From positions 2,976,001 to 3,040,000 of the forward strand of contig NC_047025.1 of the NCBI RefSeq assembly GCF_902652985.1: a DNA stretch of 64,000 nt. Reading direction: 5' to 3'. Positions 26,240 through 39,630 of the stretch are shown here, in pieces (the stretch's first letter is position 1; each line of letters begins with the position of its first letter). The position numbers and the translations under genes were made by a program. Source of the stretch: Pecten maximus. Its lineage: Eukaryota. A model generated the notes under the pieces. That model saw only the letters and a program-made list of their open reading frames with translations. It was not told the DNA's origin and did not search any database.

Positions 26240-27540
26240 GATCACTCTCAGACAACCAGAGTCGGACAACCACTCTCGGACAACCACTCTCAGACAACCA
26301 CTCTCGGACAACCACCCTCGGTCAACCACTCTCAGACAACCACTCTCAGACAACCACTCTCAGTCAACAACCACTCTCAGTCAACAACCACTCTCAGACA
26401 ATCACTCTCAGACAACCACTCTCGGACAACCACCCTCGGTCAACCACTCTCAGACAACCACTCTCAGTCAATCACTCTCAGATAACCACTCTCAGACAAC
26501 CACTCTCAGACAACCACCCTCGGTCAACCACCCTCAGACAACCACTCTCAGACAACCACTCTCAGACAACCACTCTCAGACAACCACTCTCGGATAACCA
26601 CTCTCGGACAACCACTCTCCGGCAGTCACTCTCAGACAACCACTCTCAGACAACCACTCTCAGACAACCACCCTCGGTCAACCACCCTCGGTCAACCACT
26701 CTCAGACAACCACTCTCAGACAACCACTCTCTGACAACCACTCTCAGGCAGTCATTCTCGGACAACCACTTTCAGACAACCACTCTCAGACAACCACTCT
26801 CCGGCAGTCATTCTCAGACAACCACTCTCAGGCAGTCATTCTCGGACAACCACTCTCAGAAATCATTCTTGGCAACCACTCTCAGGCTCATTCTCAGACA
26901 ACCACTCTCAGACAACCACTCTCGGACAACCACTCTCAGACAACCACTCTCAGACAACCACTCTCAGACAACCACTCTCAGACAACCACTCTCGGATAAC
27001 CACTCTCGGACAACCACTCTCCGGCAGTCACTCTCAGACAACCACTCTCAGACAACCACTCTCAGACAACCACCCTCGGTCAACCACCCTCGGTCAACCA
27101 CTCTCAGACAACCACTCTCAGACAACCACTCTCTGACAACCACTCTCAGGCAGTCATTCTCGGACAACCACTTTCAGACAACCACACTCAGACAACCACT
27201 CTCAGGCTCATTCTCAGACAACCACTCTCAGACAACCACTCTCAGACAACCACTCTCAGACAACCACTCTCAGACAACCACTCTCAGGCAGTCATTCTCG
27301 GACAACCACTCTCCAGCAGTCATTCCCAGACAACCACTTTCAGTCTGATCCTCAGACAACCACTCTCAGACAACCACTCTCAGGCAGTCATTCTCAGACA
27401 ACTACTCTCAGGCTCATTCTCAGACAACCACTCTCAGACAACCACTCTCAGGCAGTCATTCTCAGACAACTACTCTCAGGCTCATTCTCAGACAACCACT
27501 CCCAGGCTCATTCTCAGACAACCACTCTCAGACAACCAGT
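26240..27540. repeat. 14-bp minisatellite (cagacaaccactct)
   Basis: Direct repetition; source of the SDNHSQTTTLRQPL ORFs. Confidence 0.95.
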
Positions 27541-27597
27541 CTTACCATTTCTAATTATTTCATAGTCTTAATACATGTATTAGGTATCATAGAATCA

Positions 27598-28935
27598 CTG
27601 GAGATTTATACTGGAAATATATATTGGAGATTTATACAGAGATTCATACAGAGATTTATACTGGATATTTATACAGAGATTTATACAGAGATTTATACAT
27701 GAATTTATACTGGAGATTTATACTGGATATTTATACTGGAGATCTATACAGAGATTTACACTGGAGATTTATACAGAGATTTATACTGGAGATCTATACA
27801 GAGATTTCTACAGATCTATACAGAGATTTATACTGGATATTTATACATAGATTTATACTGGAGATCTATATAGAGATTTCTACAGAGATTTATACTGGAG
27901 ATTTATACAGAGATTTATACAGAGATTTATATTAGAGATTATACTGGAGATTTAAACAGAGAATTTTACAGATATTTATGATGGAAATTTATACAGAGAT
28001 TTATACTGGAGATTTATACTCAAGATTTATACAGAGATTTATACTGCAGATCTATACAGAGATTTATACAAAGATTTATACTGGAGATTTATACAGAGAT
28101 TGATACTTGAGATCTATACAGAGCTTTATACAGAGATTTATACAGAGATTTATATTGGAGATCTATACAGAGATTTATACTGGAGATCTATACAGAGATT
28201 TATACTGGAGATTTATACAAAGATTTATACTGGAGATTTATACAGAGATTTATACTGGAGATCTATACAGAGCTTTATACAGAGATTTATACTGGATATT
28301 TATACAGAGCTTTATAATGGATATTTATACAGAGATTTACACTGGAGATTTATACAGAGATTTATACTGGAGATCTATACAGAGCTTTATACTGGAGATT
28401 GATACTGGAGATATATACAGAGATTTATACTGGAGATTTATACAGAGATTTACACTGGAGATTTATACTGGAGATATTTATACAGAGATTTACACTGGAG
28501 ATATATACAGAGATTTATACTGGAGATCTATACAGAGATTTATACTGGAGATCTATACAGAGCTTTACACTGGAGATTTATACAGAGATTTATACTGGAT
28601 ATTTATACAGAGATTTACACTGGAGATATATACAGAGATTTATACAGAGCTTTAAACTGGAGATCTATACAGAGCTTTACACTGGAGATTTATACAGAGA
28701 TTTATAGAGCTTTATACTGGTGATCTATACAGAGATTTACACTGGAGATTTATACAGAGATTTATACTGGAGATCTATACAGAGCTTTACACTGGAGATT
28801 TATACAGAGATTTATACTGGATATTTATACAGAAATTTATACTGGAGATCTATACAGAGCTTTACACTGGATATTTATACAGAGATTTATACTTGAGATC
28901 TATACAGAGATTTATACTGGAGATTGATACTGGAG
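27598..28935. repeat. Mixed 12/13-bp minisatellite (tatacagagatt / tatactggagatt)
   Basis: Direct repetition. Confidence 0.95.
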
Positions 28936-29327
28936 TCTGCAATACTTTAATTGGTCTGAATACTGCCTAATTATAGAAATACATCCTTATAAGGATGGCA
29001 CGTTTATGTTAGCTTTAAAATGCCCCTGGAATTGAAGCAATTGTTTTAACCTTGGAATTTCAAGGATACCAATAATCTCAGTAAATTGGATTCTTTGCCT
29101 TTTGATGAGATGGGATTGCTTTTTTGTGTGAAATACACATTTTAACTGTCTATAGTAAAGTGGAAGTAATTAGCTTGAAGTCAATTTTAGGTTCTTGTGA
29201 ATATTTCAGGAACCTAAGTTAATGGTAATTGAAGAACTGTAATGTAATTGTTGAGGTTAATTGTATCATTCATAGTCATCATTGTCTTTGTAATCGTGTA
29301 TTGATTCCTCACATCTCAATAATGATA

Positions 29328-29552
29328 CATTTAATTAGTCTTACACAGCAGAGGTTGATAATAGTCAACAACACTGAATGAAAAATAAAAATATAAAAAT
29401 CTTTTATTTCTAAAATCTAAACAAAATATTTAATTAGTCTTACACAGCAGAGGTTAATAGCTAGTAGTCAACAACATCGCAGGAAAAAATAAAATTTAGA
29501 AATCTTTTATTTCTAAAATCAGAACAATACATTTAATTAGTCTTACACAGCA
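29328..29552. repeat. ~100-bp local tandem duplication (2 full copies and 1 partial)
   Basis: atttaattagtcttacacagcag occurs three times. Confidence 0.8.
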
Positions 29553-30003
29553 GTAACAAGTGGAAAGCTTAAAAATTCATTTAATTGATTTTCCTTAAGA
29601 TTTAGGCCCTTTAAAACTTCTCTGTAACAAATTTTAGATACAATGGTTTATAATGGATCTGATGCAATGCCTTTGTTTATGTATATATAGTATACTTATG
29701 TGCAGAACAAAATAATTATATTCTTAATTAAGATTTAAATTGATTGATAAAGACAAGCAATGGTTTCTTATTTTATGCAGCACAACATGTATTAGGTCTA
29801 GTTAACATTAATAATGATAAATATGTATATCAATGTAAAACACTTGTACATTATCCAAACCTTGGCTGAATGTTGTTGTAACCTCTGGAGGCTGATTGAT
29901 AAGATGTCTATTACAAATTGTAATGTTTATATATGCACAGATGTATAAATGTCATCTTCATTCTTGATGCAGAATACAATAAATGCTTTGCTTGTCTCCA
30001 TAG

Positions 30004-30103
30004 CAACTGATGAAAGAGCTGGAAAATGAACGAGAGAGAAGATGGAAGTCCGAGCAGGCAAGCAAGAAACTTGTGGACCACATCAAGTCTCTTCAGACCA
30101 AAG
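30004..30103 (+). CDS. LRRCC1: LRRCC1-like exon B (phase 0 to 1): QLMKELENERERRWKSEQASKKLVDHIKSLQTK
   Basis: ctccatAG acceptor, AAG|GTTAAT donor. The ERERRWKSEQA.KKL motif matches the recalled LRRCC1 motif EREKRWKAEQAEKKL. Confidence 0.88.
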
Positions 30104-32325
30104 GTTAATATTGTCTTAATTCTCAAGGCCTAAGTTTGATATTGTCTTAATTCTCAAGGCCTAAGTTTGATATTGTCTTAATTCTCAAGGCCTAAGTTTG
30201 ATATTGTCTTAATTCTCAAGGCCTAAGTTTGATATTGTCTTAATTCTCAAGGCCTAAGTTTGATATTGTCTTAATTCTCAAGGCCTAAGTTTGATATTGT
30301 CTTAATGCTCAAGGCCTAAGTTTGATATTGTCTTAATGCTCAAGGCCTAAGTTTGATATTGTCTTAATTCTCAAGGCCTAAGTTTGATATTGTCTTAATT
30401 CTCAAGGCCTAAGTTTGATATTGTCTTAATTCTCAAGGCCTAAGTTTGATATTGTCTTAATTCTCAAGGCCTAAGTTTGATATTGTCTTAATTCTCAAGG
30501 CCTAAGTTTGATATTGTCTTAATTCTCAAGGCCTAAGTTTGATATTGTCTTAATGCTCAAGGCCTAAGTTTGATATTGTCTTAATTCTCAAGGCCTAAGT
30601 TTGATATTGTCTTAATTCTCAAGGCCTAAGTTTGATATTGTCTTAATTCTCAAGGCCTAAGTTTGATATTGTCTTAATTCTCAAGGCCTAAGTTTGATAT
30701 TGTCTTAATTCTCTACAGACTTAAAGTTAATATTGTTTTAATTCTCTCCGCCTAAGGTTAATATTGTCTTAATTCTTTACAGACCTAAGGTTAATATTGT
30801 CTTAATGCTCAAGGCCTAAGTTTGATAAAGTCTTAATTCTCTACAGACCTAAGGTTAATATTGTCCTAATTCTCTACAGACCTAAGGTTAATATTGTCTT
30901 AATGCTCAAGGCCTAAGTTTGATATTGTCTTAATTCTCTACAGACCAAAGGTTAATATTGTCTAATTCTCTCAGCCTAAGATTAATATTGTCTTAATTCT
31001 CTAGACCTAAGGTTAATATTGTCTTAATTCTCTACAGACCTAAGGTTAATATTGTCTTAATTCTCTTGGCCTAAGTCTGATATTGTCTTAATTCTCTACA
31101 GACCAAAGGTTAATATTGTCTTAATTCTCTACAGACCAAAGGTTAATATTGTCTTAATTCTCTACAGACCTATGGTTAATATTGTCTTAATTCTCTACAG
31201 ACCTAAGGTTAATATTGTCTTAATTCTCTACAGACCTAAGGTTAATATTGTCTTAATTCTCTAGAGACCTAAGTTTGATATTGTCTTAATTCTCTACAGA
31301 CCTAAGGTTAATATTGTCTTAATTCTCTAGAGACCTAAGTTTGATATTGTCTTAATTCTCTACAGACCTAAGGTTAATATTGTCTTAATTCTCTACAGAC
31401 CTAAGGTTAATATTGTCTTAATTCTCTACAGACCAAAGGTTAATATTGTCTTAATTCTCTTCAGACCTAAGGTTAATATTGTCTTAATTCTCTACAGACC
31501 TAAGGTTAATATTGTCCTAATTCTCTACAGACCTAAGGTTAATATTGTCCTAATTCTCTACAGACCTAAGGTTAATATTGTCTTAATTCTCTAGAGACCT
31601 AAGTTTGATATTGTCTTAATTCTCTACAGACCTAAGGTTAATATTGTCTTAATTCTCTAGAGACCTAAGTTTGATATTGTCTTAATTCTCTACAGACCAA
31701 AGGTTAATATTGTCTTAATTCTCTTCAGACCAAAGGTTAATATTGTCTTAATTCTCTACTGACCTAAGGTTAATATTGTCTTAATTCTCTAGAGACCTAA
31801 GTTTGATATTGTCTTAATTCTCTACAGACCAAAGGTTAATATTGTCTTAATTCTCTTCAGACCAAAGGTTAATATTGTCTTAATTCTCTACAGACCTAAG
31901 GTTAATATTGTCTTAATTCTCTACAGACCAAAGGTTAATATTGTCTTAATTCTCTTCAGATCAAAGTTTCATATTTTCTTAATTCTCTACAGACCTAGGT
32001 TTGATATTGTCTTAATTCTCTACTGACCTAAGGTTAATATTGTCTTAATTCTCTACAGACCTAAGTTTGATATTGTCTTAATTCTCTACAGACCAAAGTT
32101 TGATATTATTTCAATTCTCCAGACCTAAGGTTAATATCGTCTTAATTCTCTTCAGACCAAAGGTTCTTAATTCTCTACAGACTTAAGGTAATTAATAAAT
32201 ATTGTCTTAATTCTCTGCAGATCTAAGGTTATTATATTTTCTTAATTCTCTACAGACCAAAGGTTAATGTTGTCTTAATACTCTACAGACCTAAAATTGA
32301 TATTGTCTTAATTCTCATCAGACCT
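30088..32325 (+). repeat. 31/33-bp minisatellite derived from the exon B 3' end and 5' splice site
   Basis: Proximal 31-bp units are caaggcctaagtttgatattgtcttaattct. Distal 33-bp units are ctacagacc(t/a)aaggttaatattgtcttaattct. The junction 30088-30124 is repeated exactly at 31720 and 31852. Confidence 0.95.
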
Positions 32326-33339
32326 CACTAAGATAAATTTTCTTCAGAAATTATCTTGCTACACTCTTATCCCTCCAGCGAAATCAGGTTGTTTATTTTG
32401 TGGCATTTTTTCAATGTCATCTCAACACGGATATGTCGTAATTGATTCCAAATTAATTCCTTTGATTTGGAACCAGGCCATGTGAAAGAGGAAACGGTAA
32501 ATTGGTATCTTAATAGGCCTGGTGCTCCAGCTAAATGTACACTCTGCTGGGTAGGAAAAGGATGTTTGTTTGGCTAATGTGTACACACAGTCCTTCAATG
32601 TTTGTTATTGGTGATGATGTGTGATGGGTAGCCCTATTGGCCAACGGAATGGGGGACAAAATGGTCATCGCAGCTCTATTTGTTGTGTAAATCACGACAT
32701 TCTGGGTGAGATTGTGACATAGTCAACAAAAAGAAAGTTCGTGTCAGAGCTAATGTAGATTTATCTTGACCATGAGTGACCAGAAGGGTCAATCCACGCT
32801 AATAGATTAGCGGTATTGCTTTCTGTGTCACGCTTGGCTTCCTATAGTATGAACGGATCTGATGAAAGGTACGGAGAGTTCAAAAGCCGGGGTCGGTATT
32901 GATGACCCCTCACTATAGATTAGCTACCAAACAATTGATTTTGACAAGAAAAAGAAACCAAATTTCTGAGTTTTTAGATTTGTAGCCTCATTACAGGAGC
33001 ACGCACATGCAATCAGGATAGCTGATAAAAGTAATGTTACAGATGACACATGTATATGTTTGTGACGTTAATAGGATACAGATTTTTTCTCAGTTTGTCT
33101 GAGAATCTTTTTGTGCATAATTTAATATTCAATGTTGAGAGATATGAATATAAGCAATTAACGAAGCTTTGTTATCACAATGACAATATTGAGGCCTTTG
33201 ATGTTAATGACAATATCATTTATATTTCCAAGTGAGAGTTAAATATTTATTGGTCAAGTTCAACTTTGTAGAAAAATAAATGTATGCTACATGCATACTT
33301 GTTTAATTATCAATCTGTGTGACTAAGGACATCATTGAA

Positions 33340-33880
33340 GTTGCAAATTTGTTGTTAAAAATGCCACTACAAAGTAAATGGTCATTTTAAAGTTTAAATA
33401 TTACTACAATTAAAATGGTCATTATAAGTTAAAATGCATTACAAATCAAATGGTCATTAAAAGTTGTTAAAAAATGTCACTGCAAATCAAACTATCGTTA
33501 AAAGTGAAAATATCACTAAAATTTAAATGGTCATTAAAAGTTAAGATATCACTACAAATTAAACTGTCATTAAAAGTGAAAATATCACTAGAAATTAAAT
33601 GGTCATTATAAGTTGAAATGTCATCACAAATTAAACTCATTAAAAGTGAAAATATCACTAGAAATTAAATGGTCATTAAAAATTAAAACATCACTACAAA
33701 TTAAACTGTCATTAAAAGTGTAAATATCACTAGGAATTAAATGGTCATTACAAGATAAAACATCACTATAAAATGAATGGTCATCAAACTTTAAAATGTT
33801 GCTACACATTGAATGGTCCTTACAAGCTGAAGTCACTGCGTATGTGTATAATGGTCATTAAAAATAAAAAGGTCATTACA
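33340..33880. repeat. Degenerate AT-rich ~36-bp repeat (aaatggtcattaaaagttaaaatatcactacaaatt)
   Basis: Recurrent ggtcattaaaagt and tcactacaaattaaa motifs upstream of exon C. Confidence 0.75.
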
Positions 33881-33951
33881 AATGAAAATATAAAAAATCA
33901 TAACAATGAAAATGTGCTACTTAATTATACAATAACTTTATGTTTGTACAG

Positions 33952-34070
33952 CGAAGGACGGTGACCAGCTCAAGGACACGGCTATAGAGGCCACAACACG
34001 ACTCAAGCAAGCCTTGACCAATGAAAGGGAAGCAAAACTAAGGCTGCAGGATGATCTTGATAGGGCAAAG
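33952..34070 (+). CDS. LRRCC1: LRRCC1-like exon C (phase 1 to 0): AKDGDQLKDTAIEATTRLKQALTNEREAKLRLQDDLDRAK
   Basis: tttgtacAG acceptor, AAG|GTCAGG donor, 119 nt. Phase-compatible with exons B and D; coiled-coil heptads. Confidence 0.88.
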
Positions 34071-34384
34071 GTCAGGTTTATTAATTATTTGAGATATTCA
34101 TCAGTTGTTGCATGACCTCCCAGTAAGTTGAGTGGAGTTTTTTTCCATCTGTACATTTTCCATGTCCAGTTCATTAATATTTCGAATTACCCTGGTACAT
34201 TATAATTCTTCGCTACTATAGTCAACAATATACATGTATATGAATATTGTTGATCATGAATCCTATAACCGGCTCAGATTTAAACTTTAAAAAAATAAAA
34301 TGTGTTCATCAATCATAAAGCACTCTGACATATTGATCAATCGCTATGAAAACGTTTTTTTAATGAACACCACTTTTCTTTCAG

Positions 34385-34519
34385 ATTCATCTACAGGAAG
34401 AGTCTAGACAGCTCTCAGTTGCCAAGGAAACGGAAGAAAGCTTGAAAAAGAGTCTCCGTAACTTAGAGGAAGTCACTGCCAAAATGGAACGCGAAAAACT
34501 GCAGCAACAGACACACGAG
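34385..34519 (+). CDS. LRRCC1: LRRCC1-like exon D (phase 0 to 0): IHLQEESRQLSVAKETEESLKKSLRNLEEVTAKMEREKLQQQTHE
   Basis: ttttctttcAG acceptor, GAG|GTAATT donor, 135 nt. LRNLE...KMEREK.QQQ resembles LRRCC1 LRTLEKTLEKMERQKRQQQ. Confidence 0.88.
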
Positions 34520-35003
34520 GTAATTAGTGGGATATCAGTTTCAAAGTACTGTATGTTTAAAAGCATCAACAAATTACCGTCAACAAAGTGTTTGTTGGTA
34601 CCTTTAAATATTGATTCATAGTTTAAAAAATCATGTACATAGATAAGAATTAATTGAGAACACAAACATTTTTAAACAGATATTAATTGGATTAAGGAGG
34701 AAAAAATGTTTTGATAATTTGTGTTGACACCAATTTGAAGATGTGTTGTGATGTCACAGGTTCATTAGGGACTTCTGCTGTACTTAGTTTAGTGACAGGA
34801 GATACGGTAATGTGTCCGTCCAACACAACAGAGGCGGTAGTTTAGTGACAGGAGATACGGTAATGTGTTCGTCCAACACAACAGAGGCGGTAGGGGATAG
34901 TTAAAATCATAGCCTATAGGCTTGTGGCATATCAAATTATTGAGCTGGTTTGATGAATTCCATATGACATAGCCACTCATGTACGATCCTCTATATCTAA
35001 AAT

Positions 35004-36491
35004 GGACAGTTCTGTAGGGAGATAGTTATAGCTATCTACAGAGGACAGTAGGGGGATAGTTATAACTATCTACAGAGGACAGTAGGGGGATAGTTATAAC
35101 TATCTATAGAGGACAGTAGGGAGATAGTTATAACTATCTACAGAGGACAGTAGGGGGATAGTTATAACTATCTATAGAGGACAGTAGGGGGATAGTTATA
35201 ACTATCTACAGAGGACAGTAGGGAGATAGTTATAACTATCTACAGAGGACAGTAGGGAGATAGTTATAACTATCTACAGAGGACAGTAGGGAGATAGTCA
35301 TAACTATCTACAGAGGACAGTAGGGAGATAGTTATAACTATCTACAGAGGACAGTAGGGAGATAGTTATAACTATCTATAGAGGACAGTAGGGGGATAGT
35401 TATAACTATCTATAGAGGACAGTAGGGAGATAGTTATAACTATCTACAGAGGACAGTAGGGAGATAGTAATAACTATCTATAGAGGACAGTAGGGAGATA
35501 GTTATAACTATCTATAGAGGACAGTAGGGGGATAGTTATAACTATCTATAGAGGACAGTAGGGAGATAGTTATAACTATCTACAGAGGACAGTAGGGGGA
35601 TAGTTATAACTATCTATAGAGGACAGTAGGGAGATAGTTATAACTATCTATAGAGGACAGTAGGGGGATAGTTATAACTATCTATAAAGGACAGTAGGGA
35701 GATAGTTATAACTATCTACAGAGGACAGTAGGGAGATAGTTATAACTATCTATAAAGGACAGTAGGGAGATAGTTATAACTATCTATAGAGGACAGTAGG
35801 GAGATAGTTATAACTATCTAAAGAGGACAGTAGGGAGATAGTTATAACTATCTATAGAGGACAGTAGGGAGATAGTTATAACTATCTACAGAGGACAGTA
35901 GGGAGATAGTTATAACTATCTATAGAGGACAGTAGGGAGATAGTTATAACTATCTACAGAGGACAGTAGGGAGATAGTTATAACTATCTACAGAGGACAG
36001 TAGGGAGATAGTTATAACTATCTATAAAGGACAGTAGGGAGATAGTTATAACTATCTATAGAGGACAGTAGGGAGATAGTTATAACTATCTACAGAGGAC
36101 AGTAGGGAGATAGTTATAACTATCTATAGAGGACAGTAGGGGGATAGTTATAACTATCTATAGAGGACAGTAGGGAGATAGTTATAACTATCTACAGAGG
36201 ACAGTAGGGGGATAGTTATAACTATCTACAGAGGACAGTAGGGGGATAGTTATAACTAACTACAGAGGACAGTAGGGAGATAGTTATAACTATCTACAGA
36301 GGACAGTAGGGAGATAGTTATAACTATCTATAGAGGACAGTAGGGAGATAGTTATAACTATCTACAGAGGACAGTAGGGGGATAGTTATAACTATCTACA
36401 GAGGACAGTAGGGAGATAGTTATAACTATCTACAGAGGACAGTAGGGGGATAGTTATAACTATCTATAGAGGACGGTTCTGTAGGGAGATA
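35004..36491. repeat. 34-bp palindromic minisatellite (gggagatagttataactatctacagaggacagta), ~43 copies
   Basis: Period 34; core AGATAGTTATAACTATCT is a perfect 18-bp palindrome. Confidence 0.97.
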
Positions 36492-37699
36492 AGTTTTTGT
36501 ATCTTAATCAAAATATCTTTAGTCAGGACTAATTTGTTGATGGCTGTACTGTGTACAAACCAGTGCTTGACAGATCTCCATACTTAAGGAATCCATTACC
36601 GGTATGAGACATCCCATGCTTTTGTCTGGCAACAGCTTGAGACGTTTGACGTCTTTTTCTTTGCCAACAGTTTGAGACACTGTTTCTTGTCTGCCCAGGG
36701 TCATTACTCACAAGTATTGGTAGATAATGTTTCATTGTCCTGCGATATCTTGTAATTGTAAATGGCTGTCGGTCAGTATGACTGATGACGTTATGCCGGC
36801 CAGTCCTGGTGTAAAGCCCTTAAGTAGATAATTAGTGTGAAGCGTCCCAGCTGTTACGTCAGGCTATGGGTACTGGTTCATAGATTAAGCTTAATCTTGG
36901 CTATGTAATCAGATTTCCTCTTGGAGAGACTTACTGCATTTGTCTGCGATTTTAATGTTGCCATTTACTAGCCGCAGCGTACTTTGTGGGAGAGAAACAT
37001 ATTTGAATAACGACCATTTCCTACATTTCCAGATTTCATAGCCATTAATTGTCTGGGATTCATACTCCTTAAATTGTCAGATCAGGAGATTGTGCAAATA
37101 AAATGACAGTTAATCATGGGCTGTCGATTAGGTCTGGAATTCCGTCATACTGCATGGAAATACCTGAAATTCTTTCATTAGAACTACACAGCAGTTATCA
37201 CTAATACATATATAGATGGACCATGACATTCACAAATTAAACTGTAAACTGAATTGTTACTAAAAATTTAGCATTTCTAAAGAATTATTTTCAATTTTAT
37301 TACCTTATATCTGGCTCAAAGGGCCATATTTCTTTTCCTTTAAATGACTTCCTCTTTAAAACCAAAAGGCCTATAATCATTTTTGGCTGGTTGGTTCCTG
37401 GGATGGATCCCCAAAATTTGCGAAAAAATAAATGACCTTGATCCATATGCAAAGACACAGAGGTAAACAACTTCTTATTTACTTAAAGGCATAGAATCAT
37501 TAAAAGCATATGGTTGGTAGGTTCCTGGTGACACCCAAAAAAGTTTGTTAAAGTAAATCAGAACTTGACCAAGGATATATAAGTCATAGGTATCACATTT
37601 GTTTTTCTGATTATCTGAAAGGCAAAGAATCAATATAATGATTGAAGTAATATTTAAACATTGATGGGGCATCATTTCTTTGTTTGTAATGGATTAATG

Positions 37700-39245
37700 T
37701 CCTCACAGTAGCCAGGGTCATATGAGGATGTTTAAATTGTCAAGGACGGACACCAACAGCAAGGGTCATGTGGTGACAGTTAATCTGTCAAAGAGATACC
37801 AACAGCAAGAGTTATATGGGGACAGTTAAAGTGTCAAGGAGACACCAATATCCAGGGTCATATGGGAACAGTTAAATTGTCAAGGAGACACCCACAGCCA
37901 GGGTCATGTGGGGACAGTTAAATTGTCAAGGAGACACCAACAGCCAGGGTCATGTGGGGACAGTTAAATTGTCAATGAGACACCAACAGCCAGGGTCACA
38001 TGGGGACAGTTAAATTTTCAAGGAGACACCAATAGCCAGGGTCATGTGGGGAAAGTTAAATTGTCAAGGAGACACCAACAGCCAGGGTCATGTGGGGACA
38101 GTTAAATTGTCAAGGAGACACCAATAGCCATGGTCATGTGGGGACAGTTAAATTGTCAAGGAGACACCAACAACCAGGGTCATGTGGTGACAGTGAAATT
38201 GTCAAGGAGACACCAATTAACAGCCAGGGTCATATGGGGACAGTTAAATTGTCAAGGCGACAACAATAGCCAGGGTCATATGGGGACAGTTAAATTGTCA
38301 AGGAGACAACAATATCCAGGGTCATGTGGGGACAGTTAAATTGTCAAGGAGACACCAACAGCCAGGGTCATGTGGGGACAGTTAAATTGTCAATGAGACA
38401 CCAACAGCCAGGGTCACATGGGGACAGTTAAATTTTCAAGGAGACACCAACAGCCAGGGTCATGTGGGGAAAGTTAAATTGTCAAGGAGACACCAACAGC
38501 CAGGGTCATGTGGGGACAGTTAAATTGTCAAGGAGACACCAATAGCCATGGTCATGTGGGGACAGTTAAATTGTCAAGGAGACACCAACAACCAGGGTCA
38601 TGTGGTGACAGTGAAATTGTCAAGGAGACACCAATTAACAGCCAGGGTCATATGGGGACAGTTAAATTGTCAAGGCGACAACAATAGCCAGGGTCATATG
38701 GGGACAGTTAAATTGTCAAGGAGACAACAATATCCAGGGTCATGTGGGGAAAGTTAAATTGTCAAGGAGACAACAATATCCAGAGTCATATGGGGAAAGT
38801 TAAATTGTCAAGGAGACACCAACAGCCAGAGTCATATGGGGAAAGTTAAATTGTCAAGGAGACACCAACAGCCAGGGTCATGTGGGGACAGTTAAATCGT
38901 CAAGGAGACACCAACAGCCAGGGTCAGGTGGGGACAGTGAAATTGTCAAGGAGACACCAGCAGCCAGGGTCATATGGGGACAGTTAAATTGTCAAGGAGA
39001 CAACAGTATCCAGGGTCATATGGGGAAAGTTAAATTGTCAAGGAGACACCAACAGCCAGGGTCATGTGGTGACAGTGAAATTGTCAAGGAGACACCAACA
39101 GCCAGGGTCATGTGGTGACAGTTAAATTGTCAAGGAGACAACAATATCCAGGGTCGTATGGGGAAAGTTAAATTGTCAAGGAGACAACAACAGCCAGGGT
39201 CATATGGGGACAGTTAAATTGTCAAGGAGACAACAACAGCCATAT
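37700..39245. repeat. 46-bp minisatellite (aattgtcaaggagacaccaacagccagggtcatgtggggacagtta), ~33 copies, with a 418-bp block duplication
   Basis: Period 46; near-identical ORFs at 38130 and 38548 mark the 418-bp duplication. Confidence 0.95.
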
Positions 39246-39529
39246 TTAAGGTTATGGAGTCAATGTTGTTTAATTGTCAAAGGAACTTGTATTGATCTTT
39301 GGCTTGTACTAGTGTCTTAATGCTTCATACAATGCAAACAAAGTTGTTTTGAAGACAAGATTACTAGAATCAAACACAATTCATTGTAAATGTCATGAAT
39401 GTGGTATTTGTTTGGAAACAGCATTAGCTGTTAAGTGCAAAATCTTGCTGAAGGTGTATTTTGATGTGTATATTGTCTAAGTAACTGTAACATAGTTACA
39501 CAAATGACAAAGGAAAACAATTTTATGAT

Positions 39530-39630
39530 ATGGCATGCCCTCAGCTGCCTGGCCGGGCCTCCAAATGGCGATCTACAGTACTTTATCGCCTAGCCAGAAA
39601 TACCTGCAGCTTATACCACTGTGTCACATC
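39530..39630 (-). mobile_element. Dispersed tRNA-head-like repeat, copy 1 (copy 2 at ~44970-45070)
   Basis: Both copies share ccgggcct..cgatctacag..cgcctagccagaaatacc.gcagctt.tacc..ctgtgtca. The minus strand shows degenerate A/B-box-like motifs. Confidence 0.5.

Noticed and set aside
26132-28707. ORFs of 100-180 aa (SDNHSQTTTLRQPL; EIYTGDLYRDLYW)
   Set aside because: They are translations of 12-14-bp repeats.
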